Shown here one piece after another: positions 41,399 to 51,291 of a stretch of 64,000 bases of DNA (position 1 is its first letter; the number at the start of each line of letters is the position of its first letter). The DNA is from an uncultured Nitrososphaeraceae archaeon (GTDB lineage Archaea; Thermoproteota; Nitrososphaeria; Nitrososphaerales; Nitrososphaeraceae): NCBI GenBank assembly GCA_963779615.1, contig CAVZZA010000001.1, forward strand, positions 480,001-544,000, in the 5' to 3' direction. The notes under the pieces are model-generated. The model was not told the origin of the DNA, searched no databases, and saw only the letters and a program-made list of their open reading frames with translations. The position numbers were made by a program, and so were the translations under genes.

Positions 41399-41905
41399 AT
41401 GAATTATGATAATACTGACAAGACAGCATTTTTGGCAATCATGGGATTAGCTGCATTAACGGGAGTTCTTTGCTATTTTATTTTCGCTGCGGCCACTCCA
41501 AAGGTAGGGGTTGTAGATTCGATATATAGGCATGAACTTCCACCACCAACTGAAGCTGCGACAAATGCACCAGCTGCCGAAGCCATAGATGAATCAAAGT
41601 TTACTACAAAGGTTACGGTCAATATATTAAAAGGTGCCTCAACTCAAGGAAATCCAAGTTATGGACCAAGCCCTGTTGCTACTACCAGTGATGCATTAAT
41701 CACATGGGTTAATGAAGATGTTTCTCCTCATACCGCTACAAGTGGAACAGGCCCCCAGGATCCTGAAAGCGCAAAGCTTTTTGACTCAGGCATCAAAAGT
41801 CCAGGTGATAAATTTAGTATACCCGCTTCAAAATTAGGAAAAGGCGAATTCTCTTACTATTGTACAGTTCATCCATACATGCTGGGAAAAATAACCGTAT
41901 CATAA
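41399..41905 (+). CDS. Membrane-anchored cupredoxin (blue copper protein)
   Basis: WVNEDVSPHTATSG...FDSG...YYCTVHPYMLG. Confidence 0.92.
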   Translation: MNYDNTDKTAFLAIMGLAALTGVLCYFIFAAATPKVGVVDSIYRHELPPPTEAATNAPAAEAIDESKFTTKVTVNILKGASTQGNPSYGPSPVATTSDALITWVNEDVSPHTATSGTGPQDPESAKLFDSGIKSPGDKFSIPASKLGKGEFSYYCTVHPYMLGKITVS

Positions 41906-42059
41906 TTTTATTTAATTATCTTTATTTATTAAATATTCTTTAAATATTTATTATTTTATAAAAGTATTATATTATTTGTACTGATATTTAATAATTTTTA
42001 TAATTATAACGGGGTTATATTGACGAATATTTATATAATGTACTTTTATTAAAAGATTT

Positions 42060-42842
42060 ATGTCATTTCTTAGTATTAAAGACCTGCGTGTAAATATTGA
42101 TGATAAAGAAATTCTTAATGGGGTTAATTTGGATGTAAATAAGGGTGAGGTCCATGCTATAATGGGACTCAATGGATCTGGGAAAAGTACATTAGCTAAT
42201 GTTTTATTGGGACATCCCCGTTATTCGGTAATTTCGGGCGATATATTAGTTAATGATGAAAGCATTCTAAAGTTAAAAACCGATGAGCGCGCAAAAAAGG
42301 GATTGTTTTTAGGGTTTCAGTATCCAACCGAGGTATCCGGTGTTGGCTACAGTCATTTTTTACGCAATGCATATAATTTATTAACCAAAAGCCTCGCCGA
42401 TGAGCAAAAAAACAGAGAGGTTTTCATAACCGTAAAAGAATTCCATGAGTATTTAAAAAAGAATCTTGATAACGTTGGATTAGACCAAAGCTTTCTAAGC
42501 AGGTATCTTAATGAAGGTTTTTCTGGCGGAGAAAAAAAGAGATCAGAAGTGATGCAAATGCTTGTTTTAAGGCCCAACCTTGCAATTCTTGACGAACCTG
42601 ATTCTGGGTTAGATATTGACGCTGTGCAGGCAGTCGCGGAGGCAATTAACAAATTAATTGAAACAGGGTCTGGTGTAATTGTTATTACCCATTACGCAAG
42701 AATATTGCGATTTCTTGGCAAATTAGATAAGATTCATGTAATGTCCAAAGGAAAAATAATTAAAACAGCCGGCAGAGAATTGGCTGAAGAATTAGAGGTA
42801 AAAGGCTATTCCTGGTTAGGGTTAACCGATGACTTTAAATAA
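42060..42842 (+). CDS. sufC: Fe-S cluster assembly ATPase
   Basis: GLNGSGKST, FQYP.EV.GV, RYLNEGFSGGEKKR, LDEPDSGLDIDA. Confidence 0.95.
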   Translation: MSFLSIKDLRVNIDDKEILNGVNLDVNKGEVHAIMGLNGSGKSTLANVLLGHPRYSVISGDILVNDESILKLKTDERAKKGLFLGFQYPTEVSGVGYSHFLRNAYNLLTKSLADEQKNREVFITVKEFHEYLKKNLDNVGLDQSFLSRYLNEGFSGGEKKRSEVMQMLVLRPNLAILDEPDSGLDIDAVQAVAEAINKLIETGSGVIVITHYARILRFLGKLDKIHVMSKGKIIKTAGRELAEELEVKGYSWLGLTDDFK

Positions 42843-42909
42843 TAATTTTATTTATTTTTTATTGCGTTTCATTTAAAACTATTTATTAATTTAGAATATC
42901 AGTATTGAT

Positions 42910-43773
42910 ATGGTAGGTAAAAATGAAATTAAAGTTAATGATGATGATAAATTAAACAATTTAAAAAAAGATAACGATAACCCTAATCCCGCTAAAAACA
43001 CAAATACTGATAGCAGTTTAAAAATAAATAAACAGGACAAGGTCATTATCGATTCTACCAAACCCGCCGATAACAGTTATACTAATAATCAAAACAAAGA
43101 AAATAAACCTGAAAAATTCATTAATTTTACCTTTTATAAAGTTGACCCTAAATGGCGTTGGTTAAACGAAGTAGGCAAAGACGAATCTTCTAGGGAATTC
43201 CTTGAATTATTAAAAGCAGCTAATACAAAAATGAAAGTCAAGACCTACTCTACGATTGGTTTAAGGCATGATTCTGAATTTATGATCTGGACAATTTCAC
43301 AATCATTGGAAAATATCCAAATTTTTGCATCAAAAGTATATTCCACCATCTTTGGAAAATATGTGGAACCCACCAACACTTTCCTTTCATTGACAAGAAA
43401 ATCAATTTATTCAAACCAAGCTAAACTCGGATTTGAGAGTGATGATGATGCTCAATTAAAATACGTTGTAGTCTATCCATTTATTAAATCACGAGAATGG
43501 TATCTTTTGCCATTTGAAAAAAGAAAGCAACTTATGGATGAACATATAAAAGTTGGGAGGAAATATCCTGAGATACGACTTAACACTACCTATTCGTTTG
43601 GAATTGGCGATCAAGATTTTATGTTAGCTTTTGAAACCGAAGATCTTTCAAAATTCCAAGATCTCATAATGGATCTGCGAGAAACACAAGTTAGCAGATA
43701 TATTCTAAAGGATATACCAATGATTCCATGTGTTTTAAAGGGTATGGATGAAATAATAAAGAGCCTGGGATGA
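42910..43773 (+). CDS. Chlorite dismutase/coproheme decarboxylase (Cld/ChdC) family heme protein
   Basis: YPFIKSREWYLLP..R..LMDEHIKVGRKY, YSFGIGDQDF. Confidence 0.88.
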   Translation: MVGKNEIKVNDDDKLNNLKKDNDNPNPAKNTNTDSSLKINKQDKVIIDSTKPADNSYTNNQNKENKPEKFINFTFYKVDPKWRWLNEVGKDESSREFLELLKAANTKMKVKTYSTIGLRHDSEFMIWTISQSLENIQIFASKVYSTIFGKYVEPTNTFLSLTRKSIYSNQAKLGFESDDDAQLKYVVVYPFIKSREWYLLPFEKRKQLMDEHIKVGRKYPEIRLNTTYSFGIGDQDFMLAFETEDLSKFQDLIMDLRETQVSRYILKDIPMIPCVLKGMDEIIKSLG

Positions 43774-43837
43774 CTAGTCATTTATTTTTCATTTAAATTG
43801 AAAATACTTATAAAAACATTTACCTTATCTTAGTCTA

Positions 43838-44710
43838 TTGTTCTCTGTGTTTTATCCTTCTATTTTCTTTAAGGATAATTTATCCTTTGAAAAATTCAAT
43901 TCGTATGGTTTATCTGGTCAATCAAGATCTACCTCTGTATCGACATCATCATCACCGCCTGCACCCAAACTACAGTCATCAAAGTCGGGGTTAGTCAATG
44001 ATGCATCATTATCATTTGACAAAGGATCCGACTCAAATTCGAATTTTGTTGCAGCATTGAAAGAATGGGCTATTGTGTGTAAAGCGGCAGAAGATGGAAA
44101 ACAGGTTTTATTGTTTAGGAAAGGCGGTATAATGGAATATCGAAACGGCTTTGAACTTAAACATAAAAACTTTTTCCTGTTTCCGACCTTTGAACATCAA
44201 TCTATGGAATCGATAAGAGATGAATATAAAAAAGAATTAGAAGGCTTGACTAACCAACATATTATAAAGGATGATGAACAGAATGATTCGATCTCAACAG
44301 TCCCAAATGATTCTCGGATATCGCCAAATTCCACAACAACTATCAATTCATTTGTAGAAATATCTTGCTTTAATGAAATAAATGATATCAACAAACTAGA
44401 AAAATTGGAAAAGTTTCATATTTGGAACCTTGATTATGTGAAAATGAGATTTAATTATAATCCTAAAAAACCTCTTTTTTTAATGTTGTTACGAACCTAC
44501 AGGCTAAGAGATGTCATCAAAATTCATAACAAGCCTGAATGGTCCGGATGCAAATCTTGGATTCAAATAGATCTAAAGGACAAAGCATTGGAAACCCATT
44601 TTAAAAATGGTTTGTCTCAAAGTTTTGAATGCCTGAAATCCATCAGCATACCAAGTATAGATGATGTTACCTTTAATAACATAACTGAAGAAATAAGGAG
44701 TATAGTCTAA
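43838..44710 (+). CDS. DUF1802 family protein
   Basis: ALKEWA...G.Q.LLFRKGGIME...FFLFPTFEHQ, GCKSW; start uncertain. Confidence 0.85.
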   Translation: MFSVFYPSIFFKDNLSFEKFNSYGLSGQSRSTSVSTSSSPPAPKLQSSKSGLVNDASLSFDKGSDSNSNFVAALKEWAIVCKAAEDGKQVLLFRKGGIMEYRNGFELKHKNFFLFPTFEHQSMESIRDEYKKELEGLTNQHIIKDDEQNDSISTVPNDSRISPNSTTTINSFVEISCFNEINDINKLEKLEKFHIWNLDYVKMRFNYNPKKPLFLMLLRTYRLRDVIKIHNKPEWSGCKSWIQIDLKDKALETHFKNGLSQSFECLKSISIPSIDDVTFNNITEEIRSIV

Positions 44711-45702
44711 TGAAATACCGTAATTTGGGTAATAGTGGAATTAAAGTTAGTGAAATTGGTTTTGGAACTTGGACTTTGAGCTTGGATTGGTGGGGGAAAA
44801 AACTTGAGGAAGAAGAGTCTATAAAGATGTTAAAACATGCTTATGATGTAGGAATAAACTTTTTTGAAACCGCTGACATGTATGGAAAAGGCAAAAGCGA
44901 AAAATTGCTATCAAAAGCATTTAAAGATATGCGTAACGACGTGATTTATTCAACAAAATGGGGCTATGACATGTATAGTGCTGACCAAATCGGACATAAC
45001 GAAATTCCACAAAAGCACAATATTGATTTTTTAAGTTTTGCATTGACTGAAAGCATGAAAAGATTGGAGACTGATTTTATAGATGTATACAGTTTGCATA
45101 ATCCTAGAATGAGTGCAATAAAAAATGATCTGTTGTTTGATGAATTGGATAACCTGGTGAAATCTGGGAAAATTAAAAGTCATGGTGTTGCTTTGGGCCC
45201 CGCAATAGGCTGGAAGGATGAGGGCATTTACGCTATTGAACACAGGAATATAGTTAGTTTACAGACTGTATACAATATTCTAGAACAAGATCCGGGACGT
45301 GCATTTCTTGACGCTGTTGATAAAACAAGTAAACCGGTGGGGATAATGGTGAGGGTCCCGGATGCTTCTGGTGTTTTGACCGGAAAAGTGAATGAAAATA
45401 CTGTTATGGATAAAAATGATCATAGGAGCAGCAGAAAGAAAGAATGGATTGTTCAATCAATGAAAAAAATAGAAAAACTTAAACCAATTGCTGATTCTCA
45501 TGGATGGAACATTACTGAAATAGCTATTAAATATATCTTGTCGCAAGAACAAATATCTGTTGTATTGCCGACTGTTTTGAGTATTGATGAAATAGATATG
45601 TTTGCCCAACTATCCGATGGGAATTACTTGAATGCTAGTGAGAAAAAACAAATCGAACAAATGTATGAAAGTAATTTTCATTTGCCCGATCTAACAGCTT
45701 AG
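44710..45702 (+). CDS. Aldo/keto reductase
   Basis: LGNSGIKVSEIGFG, FFETADMYG.G.SE, TKWG, DVYSLHNP. Confidence 0.93.
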   Translation: MKYRNLGNSGIKVSEIGFGTWTLSLDWWGKKLEEEESIKMLKHAYDVGINFFETADMYGKGKSEKLLSKAFKDMRNDVIYSTKWGYDMYSADQIGHNEIPQKHNIDFLSFALTESMKRLETDFIDVYSLHNPRMSAIKNDLLFDELDNLVKSGKIKSHGVALGPAIGWKDEGIYAIEHRNIVSLQTVYNILEQDPGRAFLDAVDKTSKPVGIMVRVPDASGVLTGKVNENTVMDKNDHRSSRKKEWIVQSMKKIEKLKPIADSHGWNITEIAIKYILSQEQISVVLPTVLSIDEIDMFAQLSDGNYLNASEKKQIEQMYESNFHLPDLTA

Positions 45703-45800
45703 TATTTTTCTTTGCCATCTAGGCAAAATAAGACCCCCAAGTAAAAATAGTCAGTTGCAAATTTCAAGCAAAAAAACAAAAATTTTTAATTTAATAAACA

Positions 45801-46793
45801 CTACTCAAAATATTTGACACGTTCCTTTTTAAATTCCCTTGAACTAAATAGTATTTTATAGGTTTCCACTCCAATTACTGTTGAAATTTCTTTAGCTATT
45901 TTTTCTGCAGCTTCTATCGTCCTTGAGTGAATCATACTAAAAAGATTAAATTCCCAATCAGGGTAAACTGGACGTCTATAGCAATGACTTACTTGTGGAA
46001 ATGATGCAATTTTTGTACCCTTTTCGTCTACTTCCTCTTCTGGAACCTTCCAAACTATCATTCCATTTGCTGTAAATCCTGCCTGCCTATGCCTTAAAAT
46101 GGCTGCAAATCTTCTCATTATCCCAATGCTTTCATATTCTTTAATTCTGTTAAAAAGTTCTGCCGATGTTATTCCTAAATTTTCAGTGATTGACTTAAAA
46201 GGCTCTTTGGTTATTTCTATATCTTTCTGTAGTTGCCTTATGTATTCTCTGTCTACCTCAGATATTTTTTCAGCTTTTGTTTCCAAACTTTTAACCTTGT
46301 CATTGGGAGTGGGCTTTTCAGGATCGTCGTTTACCATGTCTAGTTTTACCCCAATTTTGTACATTTTTAACGTTGGTAATACTCTATACTTCAAGACCCC
46401 ATCTAGAGATGCCATTTTGTCAAGATCTGCTTTCATGTCACCGTCTGGTGAAACAGCAAGTGTAAACCATACATTATACTCGTGATTTCTTTCGTAGTTG
46501 TGGCTTACTCCAGGGTGTTTATTTATCTCATTTGCAACATAGTCTATTTTGTTTTTGTCTACTGAAAAGGCTACCAAAGCGCTTTTGTATCCTAGTTTTC
46601 TTGTGTCAAATATTGCGCTTATTTGCCTGATTATTCCAGTATCTTTTAATTTTTTTACTCTTTGAATTACTTCTTCTTCGGTTATGTGGTATCTATTCAC
46701 TAATTCTAAAAAGGGCCTATCGACTAATGGAAATGTCCATTGAATATCGTTTAATATTTGTTTATCTATATTATCTAGTTCATGAATTAGCAT
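45801..46793 (-). CDS. ahbAB: Fused siroheme decarboxylase AhbA/AhbB (NirDLGH-like)
   Basis: Two Lrp-like repeats with PGVSHNYER and PQVSHCYRRP...NLFSMIH; FSSREFKK. Confidence 0.88.
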   Translation of the reverse strand: MLIHELDNIDKQILNDIQWTFPLVDRPFLELVNRYHITEEEVIQRVKKLKDTGIIRQISAIFDTRKLGYKSALVAFSVDKNKIDYVANEINKHPGVSHNYERNHEYNVWFTLAVSPDGDMKADLDKMASLDGVLKYRVLPTLKMYKIGVKLDMVNDDPEKPTPNDKVKSLETKAEKISEVDREYIRQLQKDIEITKEPFKSITENLGITSAELFNRIKEYESIGIMRRFAAILRHRQAGFTANGMIVWKVPEEEVDEKGTKIASFPQVSHCYRRPVYPDWEFNLFSMIHSRTIEAAEKIAKEISTVIGVETYKILFSSREFKKERVKYFE

Positions 46794-46900
46794 AAATAAT
46801 ATATTTAGATTGCTTTTGATTAATTAATAAATATGTATCTTTAGTTTTCTTATATTATATGCACAAGTTTAAAAGAAGGTTGCATTTTAATAGAACGCAA

Positions 46901-46995
46901 GGGGCTATCGTCTAGCTTGGTAGGATACCATCCACAATTTTGTGGGTATATGCCCGGGGCGCTGGCGGTCGAGGGTTCGAGTCCCTCTGGCCCCA
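46901..46995 (+). tRNA. tRNA-Pro(GGG) with a 21-nt non-canonical intron (46931-46951, position 29/30)
   Basis: Spliced form gives the arm CCAGC-CCGGGGC-GCTGG; BHB motif GG-ATAC-CA^T-CCACA...TGTGG-GTAT-AT^G-CC. Confidence 0.9.
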
Positions 46996-47118
46996 TATCA
47001 TTCGGTTACAGCAGCAGCAGCATTTTTATCCAATACCATATTACCGCATTAACTTAAAGGATCCAAAAACTTTTGAATGCTTGGATGAGAATAATGTGTG
47101 CCATCTTCCATGTATGGT

Positions 47119-47162
47119 ACCATTTGACCACCATTTGACCACCATTTGACCACCATTTGACC
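47119..47162. repeat. Tandem repeat (ACCATTTGACC) x 4
   Basis: Directly visible about 125 bp downstream of tRNA-Pro. Confidence 0.95.
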
Positions 47163-47431
47163 ATTAGTAATATTGTGCTATCAAAAATTTTACCCATACA
47201 AATAATGATAGTATTTAAAGAGGCGAAATTTTTTAGATCAATTGTCAACAATATCCATCTAATTAAGGCTAAAAGGATAATATCTACACACCTTCTGTAA
47301 AATAAAAGAATATTCGCAAATATACGGAAATGAATTTGGTTTAATTTTGGTGCAATTACAACAAATTTAACAGTAATAATTAAAATTTAAATTAATATAT
47401 GACCGTTTGACAAAGGAAAGCGAATCTATCC

Positions 47432-48415
47432 TTAAATTAGTTCTTGGTTAACAATTGTAAGAGGTATTTGCCCGCGTGATAATCTTTCTATATTTATTGT
47501 AATTATTTTCGTTATTGAGTCAATCGCTTCAGCAGTCCATCCAGCGATATGTGGAGTCAAGAGAAAATTATCAAGACTTAATAGATCTTCATTTGGATCT
47601 ATTGGTTCACTCCAATATACATCGAATGCAGCTCCCGCTATTTCTTCGCTAGTTAAAGCCAAATGCAGCGCATCTTTATCTACTATATGAGCTCTTGCAA
47701 CGTTTATCAAGTATGCTGATGCCTTCATCCTTCTTAATTCGTTAGATCCGATCATGCCCTCTGTTTCTTTATTGAGAGGTGTGTGGATGGAAACTATGTC
47801 TGCATTGGATATTATCTCCTGAAGCTTATCTGTGCCATTTATACTATCCACAAAGTATTTGTTGTTACTTCCTTCTGTTTTTGTAAAGGGATGTTTTGTT
47901 ATTGCGTTAACTCGCATACCAAATGCCTTTGCTCTTTTTGCTACTTCTATCCCTGTTACTCCTAAACCAATAATTGCAAGGGTCTTTCCGGCCACTTCGA
48001 TACCAGGAAAACCCTTTATCTTTGTAGTTAATGTTCCTGAAAGACTACCTTCTTCACTGGTTTTACTTTTAATGTTCTTAGCTAGATATAAAATAAGAAA
48101 TATTGTGTGCTCTGCTACGGAAATTGCATTGGCCATAGGAACATTTGCAACATAAATTCCCCTGATTGTACACTCTTTAATGTCAATACTGTCAACCCCA
48201 ATACCGGATTGCTGTACGAGTTTTAATTTTGGGCATAAATCTAAAATTGATTTATCTATACTATTAAAACCGTTTACAATAATGGTGGCGTCAGCAAGCT
48301 GTGGTTTTAGGGGTTTTTTAAAATCTACAAATCCTATATCAAAACCTATTTTATTCATTTTTTTAGATAGGAATTCAATAAATGTAACATTTTGTAATAA
48401 CCCTATAATTTTCAC
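47432..48415 (-). CDS. D-isomer-specific 2-hydroxyacid dehydrogenase
   Basis: NAISVAEH, IIGLGVTG, INVARA, FDVYWSEP, LTPHIAG. Confidence 0.92.
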   Translation of the reverse strand: MKIIGLLQNVTFIEFLSKKMNKIGFDIGFVDFKKPLKPQLADATIIVNGFNSIDKSILDLCPKLKLVQQSGIGVDSIDIKECTIRGIYVANVPMANAISVAEHTIFLILYLAKNIKSKTSEEGSLSGTLTTKIKGFPGIEVAGKTLAIIGLGVTGIEVAKRAKAFGMRVNAITKHPFTKTEGSNNKYFVDSINGTDKLQEIISNADIVSIHTPLNKETEGMIGSNELRRMKASAYLINVARAHIVDKDALHLALTSEEIAGAAFDVYWSEPIDPNEDLLSLDNFLLTPHIAGWTAEAIDSITKIITINIERLSRGQIPLTIVNQELI

Positions 48416-48765
48416 TATATTTGTTATTACTTTCTTATGTTTTTGTTTATCTGTTAGTATGAGTTATGGTCATGTAAATATATGTAAAAATTATTGAAAA
48501 TAAATATATATTCGATACGCAATAAAATGCCCAATCAATACTTATTTAAATATAATAAGTTTTATTCTTTTATTGATTTATAATATGTTATGTAAATTGT
48601 TTGATGACAGTCACAATTATTCATGGTGACATTTAATATGAAAGGATAGGCTTGATTTATACCATAAGGTTTATTTTGAATAAATTAAATCAATATTGCA
48701 ACCAATAATATATCCTATAAAAAAGGATAAAATACTTTTTATAACGATTTGATAAAAATTCTATA

Positions 48766-49230
48766 TTGGATAATAAAGTTTCTAAAATTTTGGTCGGGAT
48801 AGATGGATCAGAATCTTCCTTTCACGCAGCAAATTATGCAACTGATCTATCAATAAAATTTGATTCCGAATTAATTCTTTTATCAATTGTTCCTTCTAAA
48901 ATTCATCATGGTGATTCTTCTGGTGTTTTTGGTATGGTCTCACAATCATACATGAATGAATATAAAAAAGAAGCAGAAAAATGGTTCAAAGAAATTATTA
49001 ATAATATGAAAGGTGAACAAACCTTTGAAGCTGATAAAAAAATAAAGACAGATGTCATAACTACACCATTTTCAATTGCTGCATCAATTTTAAATTACGC
49101 TGAAGAAAGAAATGTTGATCTAATCGTAATCGGTACTAAAGGAAAATCAGGACTAAAAAAAATGCTGCTTGGAAGCGTGGCCTCGGACACAGTAACCTAT
49201 TCGTATTGTCCTGTACTAGTAATCAAATGA
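48766..49230 (+). CDS. uspA: Universal stress protein
   Basis: KILVGIDGS, DLIVIGTKGKSGLKKMLLGSVA, CPVLVIK. Confidence 0.93.
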   Translation: MDNKVSKILVGIDGSESSFHAANYATDLSIKFDSELILLSIVPSKIHHGDSSGVFGMVSQSYMNEYKKEAEKWFKEIINNMKGEQTFEADKKIKTDVITTPFSIAASILNYAEERNVDLIVIGTKGKSGLKKMLLGSVASDTVTYSYCPVLVIK

Positions 49231-49683
49231 AATGTCATGTTTTGCCAATAGATCATTTAATCTTGCTTCACATTTTACTGTCTTTTGGAAACAAACACAC
49301 CTTTTGTATTGCCATATTTATATAATTCCTTATAAAAAAAGTAAAATGTACCAATAATTGGCTTTTTAATATTAATTTATTAATATGGCTCAAAATTTCC
49401 TTTCATTACCTTTTTGATTAAAAAATGCCTCTTTAACATAACGGTAAATATTGCTTAAAACTATCATCATATGCGACAGTGATAATGGTTTAAAAAAAAA
49501 ATTATATTTACCAATCAGTTTTACATGATGATAAATAATATCAAAAAATAGATTGTTTTCACCTTTACAAATAAAACTAGTTTTCAATCGAACCAACAAT
49601 TGTTATCGATTAATATAATCAAATACAAGTTTATATCAAAGTAACCATTTATCAAATGCGTTAATTCAGTTTATCTTTAATTG

Positions 49684-49740
49684 CCTCATAACCAATAAAA
49701 TTGATATAATTTCCCTCATAACCAATAAAATTGATATAAT
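49684..49740. repeat. 27-bp direct repeat (30-bp period) upstream of the ParB-like gene
   Basis: CCTCATAACCAATAAAATTGATATAAT at 49684 and 49714. Confidence 0.9.
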
Positions 49741-49821
49741 ATTTTTAAAAAAGTAATAAAAATAACAATAAATTTTTAAGTTGATAAAAATGTATAAGTA
49801 TTAGATTAATTTAATTATACT

Positions 49822-50712
49822 ATGCACATGTTCGATACTAGTATAGTGGAACATATAGAAATGAAAATGGTTCGGCCATCTCAATTTTCTATTCGAGATA
49901 AGTATAATGACCATCAGGAAGTTGAATCTCTTATTTCCAGTATCAAAGAACATGGCTTGTTACAACCTATATTGATTCGTCCCTATCAAAATAGTTTTGA
50001 AATAGTTGCCGGTCATCGCAGGTTTTATGCATGCAAATCTCTTCGTTGGCGTCATATTCCGTGCAAGATAAGGGAGTTGAGCGATAAACAATCTTTCGAA
50101 ATTCAAATTACAGAAAATATTCAAAGAAAGTCTATGAGTGCTTTAGAAGAAGCCGAGGCATATAGAAAATATGTTCAAGATTTAGGCTGGGGTGGTGTTA
50201 CTGAGTTATCAAGGAAGATCGGCAAAAGTGAAGAATATGTTTCACACAGAATTCAACTCTTAAAACTTCCGCAAGATGTTAAAGAAAAGATAATGTTGAA
50301 TAAATTAAGTATAAGCCAAGCATTAGAATTAACAAATTTGTCACATGAAAACATGATCCAGTTTACCGATCACATTATAGAGAATGAACTAACAATAAGG
50401 CAGATTAGAGAGGTTAAATCAGTTTTTTCAAAAGAAAAGATTGCCATAGATGATTTGCTAAATAATGATATTATAAGTTCCAAAAGTGTGAAAACCTTAA
50501 AAGTTGCAAAAAAAACCTCTCTTGCTCTAAAAATTACACTTGCTCGATTGGATAGCATAATAGAAGAAGTTCAATTAACTTTTGAGCCTGCCCAAAGTAC
50601 TGATATCATTAGCTTTTTGATGGATTTACGACTTAACATTCATTCTTTAATAGATGACACTATTAGATTTAAAAATTTGAAGACATCCAAAATCCATAAA
50701 TGCCTAAAATAA
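49822..50712 (+). CDS. ParB/Spo0J-family protein (CTPase domain + HTH), no adjacent ParA
   Basis: SIKEHGLLQPILIR, EIVAGHRR, ENIQR..M...EEA, HTH ELSRKIGKSEEYVSHRIQLL. Confidence 0.9.
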   Translation: MHMFDTSIVEHIEMKMVRPSQFSIRDKYNDHQEVESLISSIKEHGLLQPILIRPYQNSFEIVAGHRRFYACKSLRWRHIPCKIRELSDKQSFEIQITENIQRKSMSALEEAEAYRKYVQDLGWGGVTELSRKIGKSEEYVSHRIQLLKLPQDVKEKIMLNKLSISQALELTNLSHENMIQFTDHIIENELTIRQIREVKSVFSKEKIAIDDLLNNDIISSKSVKTLKVAKKTSLALKITLARLDSIIEEVQLTFEPAQSTDIISFLMDLRLNIHSLIDDTIRFKNLKTSKIHKCLK

Positions 50713-50730
50713 CTCGTATTTTGCATTTTA

Positions 50731-51291
50731 CTAGATCTTTGCTGTGTTCTCGTTGTCATTTATAGGAATATAAAACCATTCGCCTAAAAATTTTTTATAC
50801 TCTCTATCCGTGTAGGTAAATGCATTATACCCAAATTCTTCCGTAGGGGAAAAATCATATACCCCATAAGTTTGAATTATATCTCCGAACAAATTTCTAT
50901 AAGTGTCACTTTCCTCATCAGCAATTTCTGTTGATGGAAATACCTGGATTGTGATCCAGTCATATCCTCCTCTGGTTCGACCAGAAAACAATACAAATGG
51001 CGCATCTTCTAAATATTTTTTTAATCCTTCCAGCCTGCTCGTTAAATGTTGTGATGACCTAAAAGTCATCAATACTGCTCTTATTATTTTATGTTTTACT
51101 TTTTTAATGTTGATGGAAATAGTATACCCTAAAATTACTTTTTCATCCTCTAATGTTTTTATTCTTGAACCGATCTCATCTAGACTTAAATTATACCCAT
51201 AGTCTCTTATATAGTCGCCCATTTCATGTAAATCCTGTTTTGAGTTTTTACTTAATGCGGAGAGTATTAATTCATCTACAGTATCTAGCAT
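50731..51291 (-). CDS. Lrp/AsnC-family transcriptional regulator
   Basis: LDTVDELILSAL..NS...RIKTLEDEKVILGYT; RAM-like domain with GGYDW. Confidence 0.85.
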   Translation of the reverse strand: MLDTVDELILSALSKNSKQDLHEMGDYIRDYGYNLSLDEIGSRIKTLEDEKVILGYTISINIKKVKHKIIRAVLMTFRSSQHLTSRLEGLKKYLEDAPFVLFSGRTRGGYDWITIQVFPSTEIADEESDTYRNLFGDIIQTYGVYDFSPTEEFGYNAFTYTDREYKKFLGEWFYIPINDNENTAKI

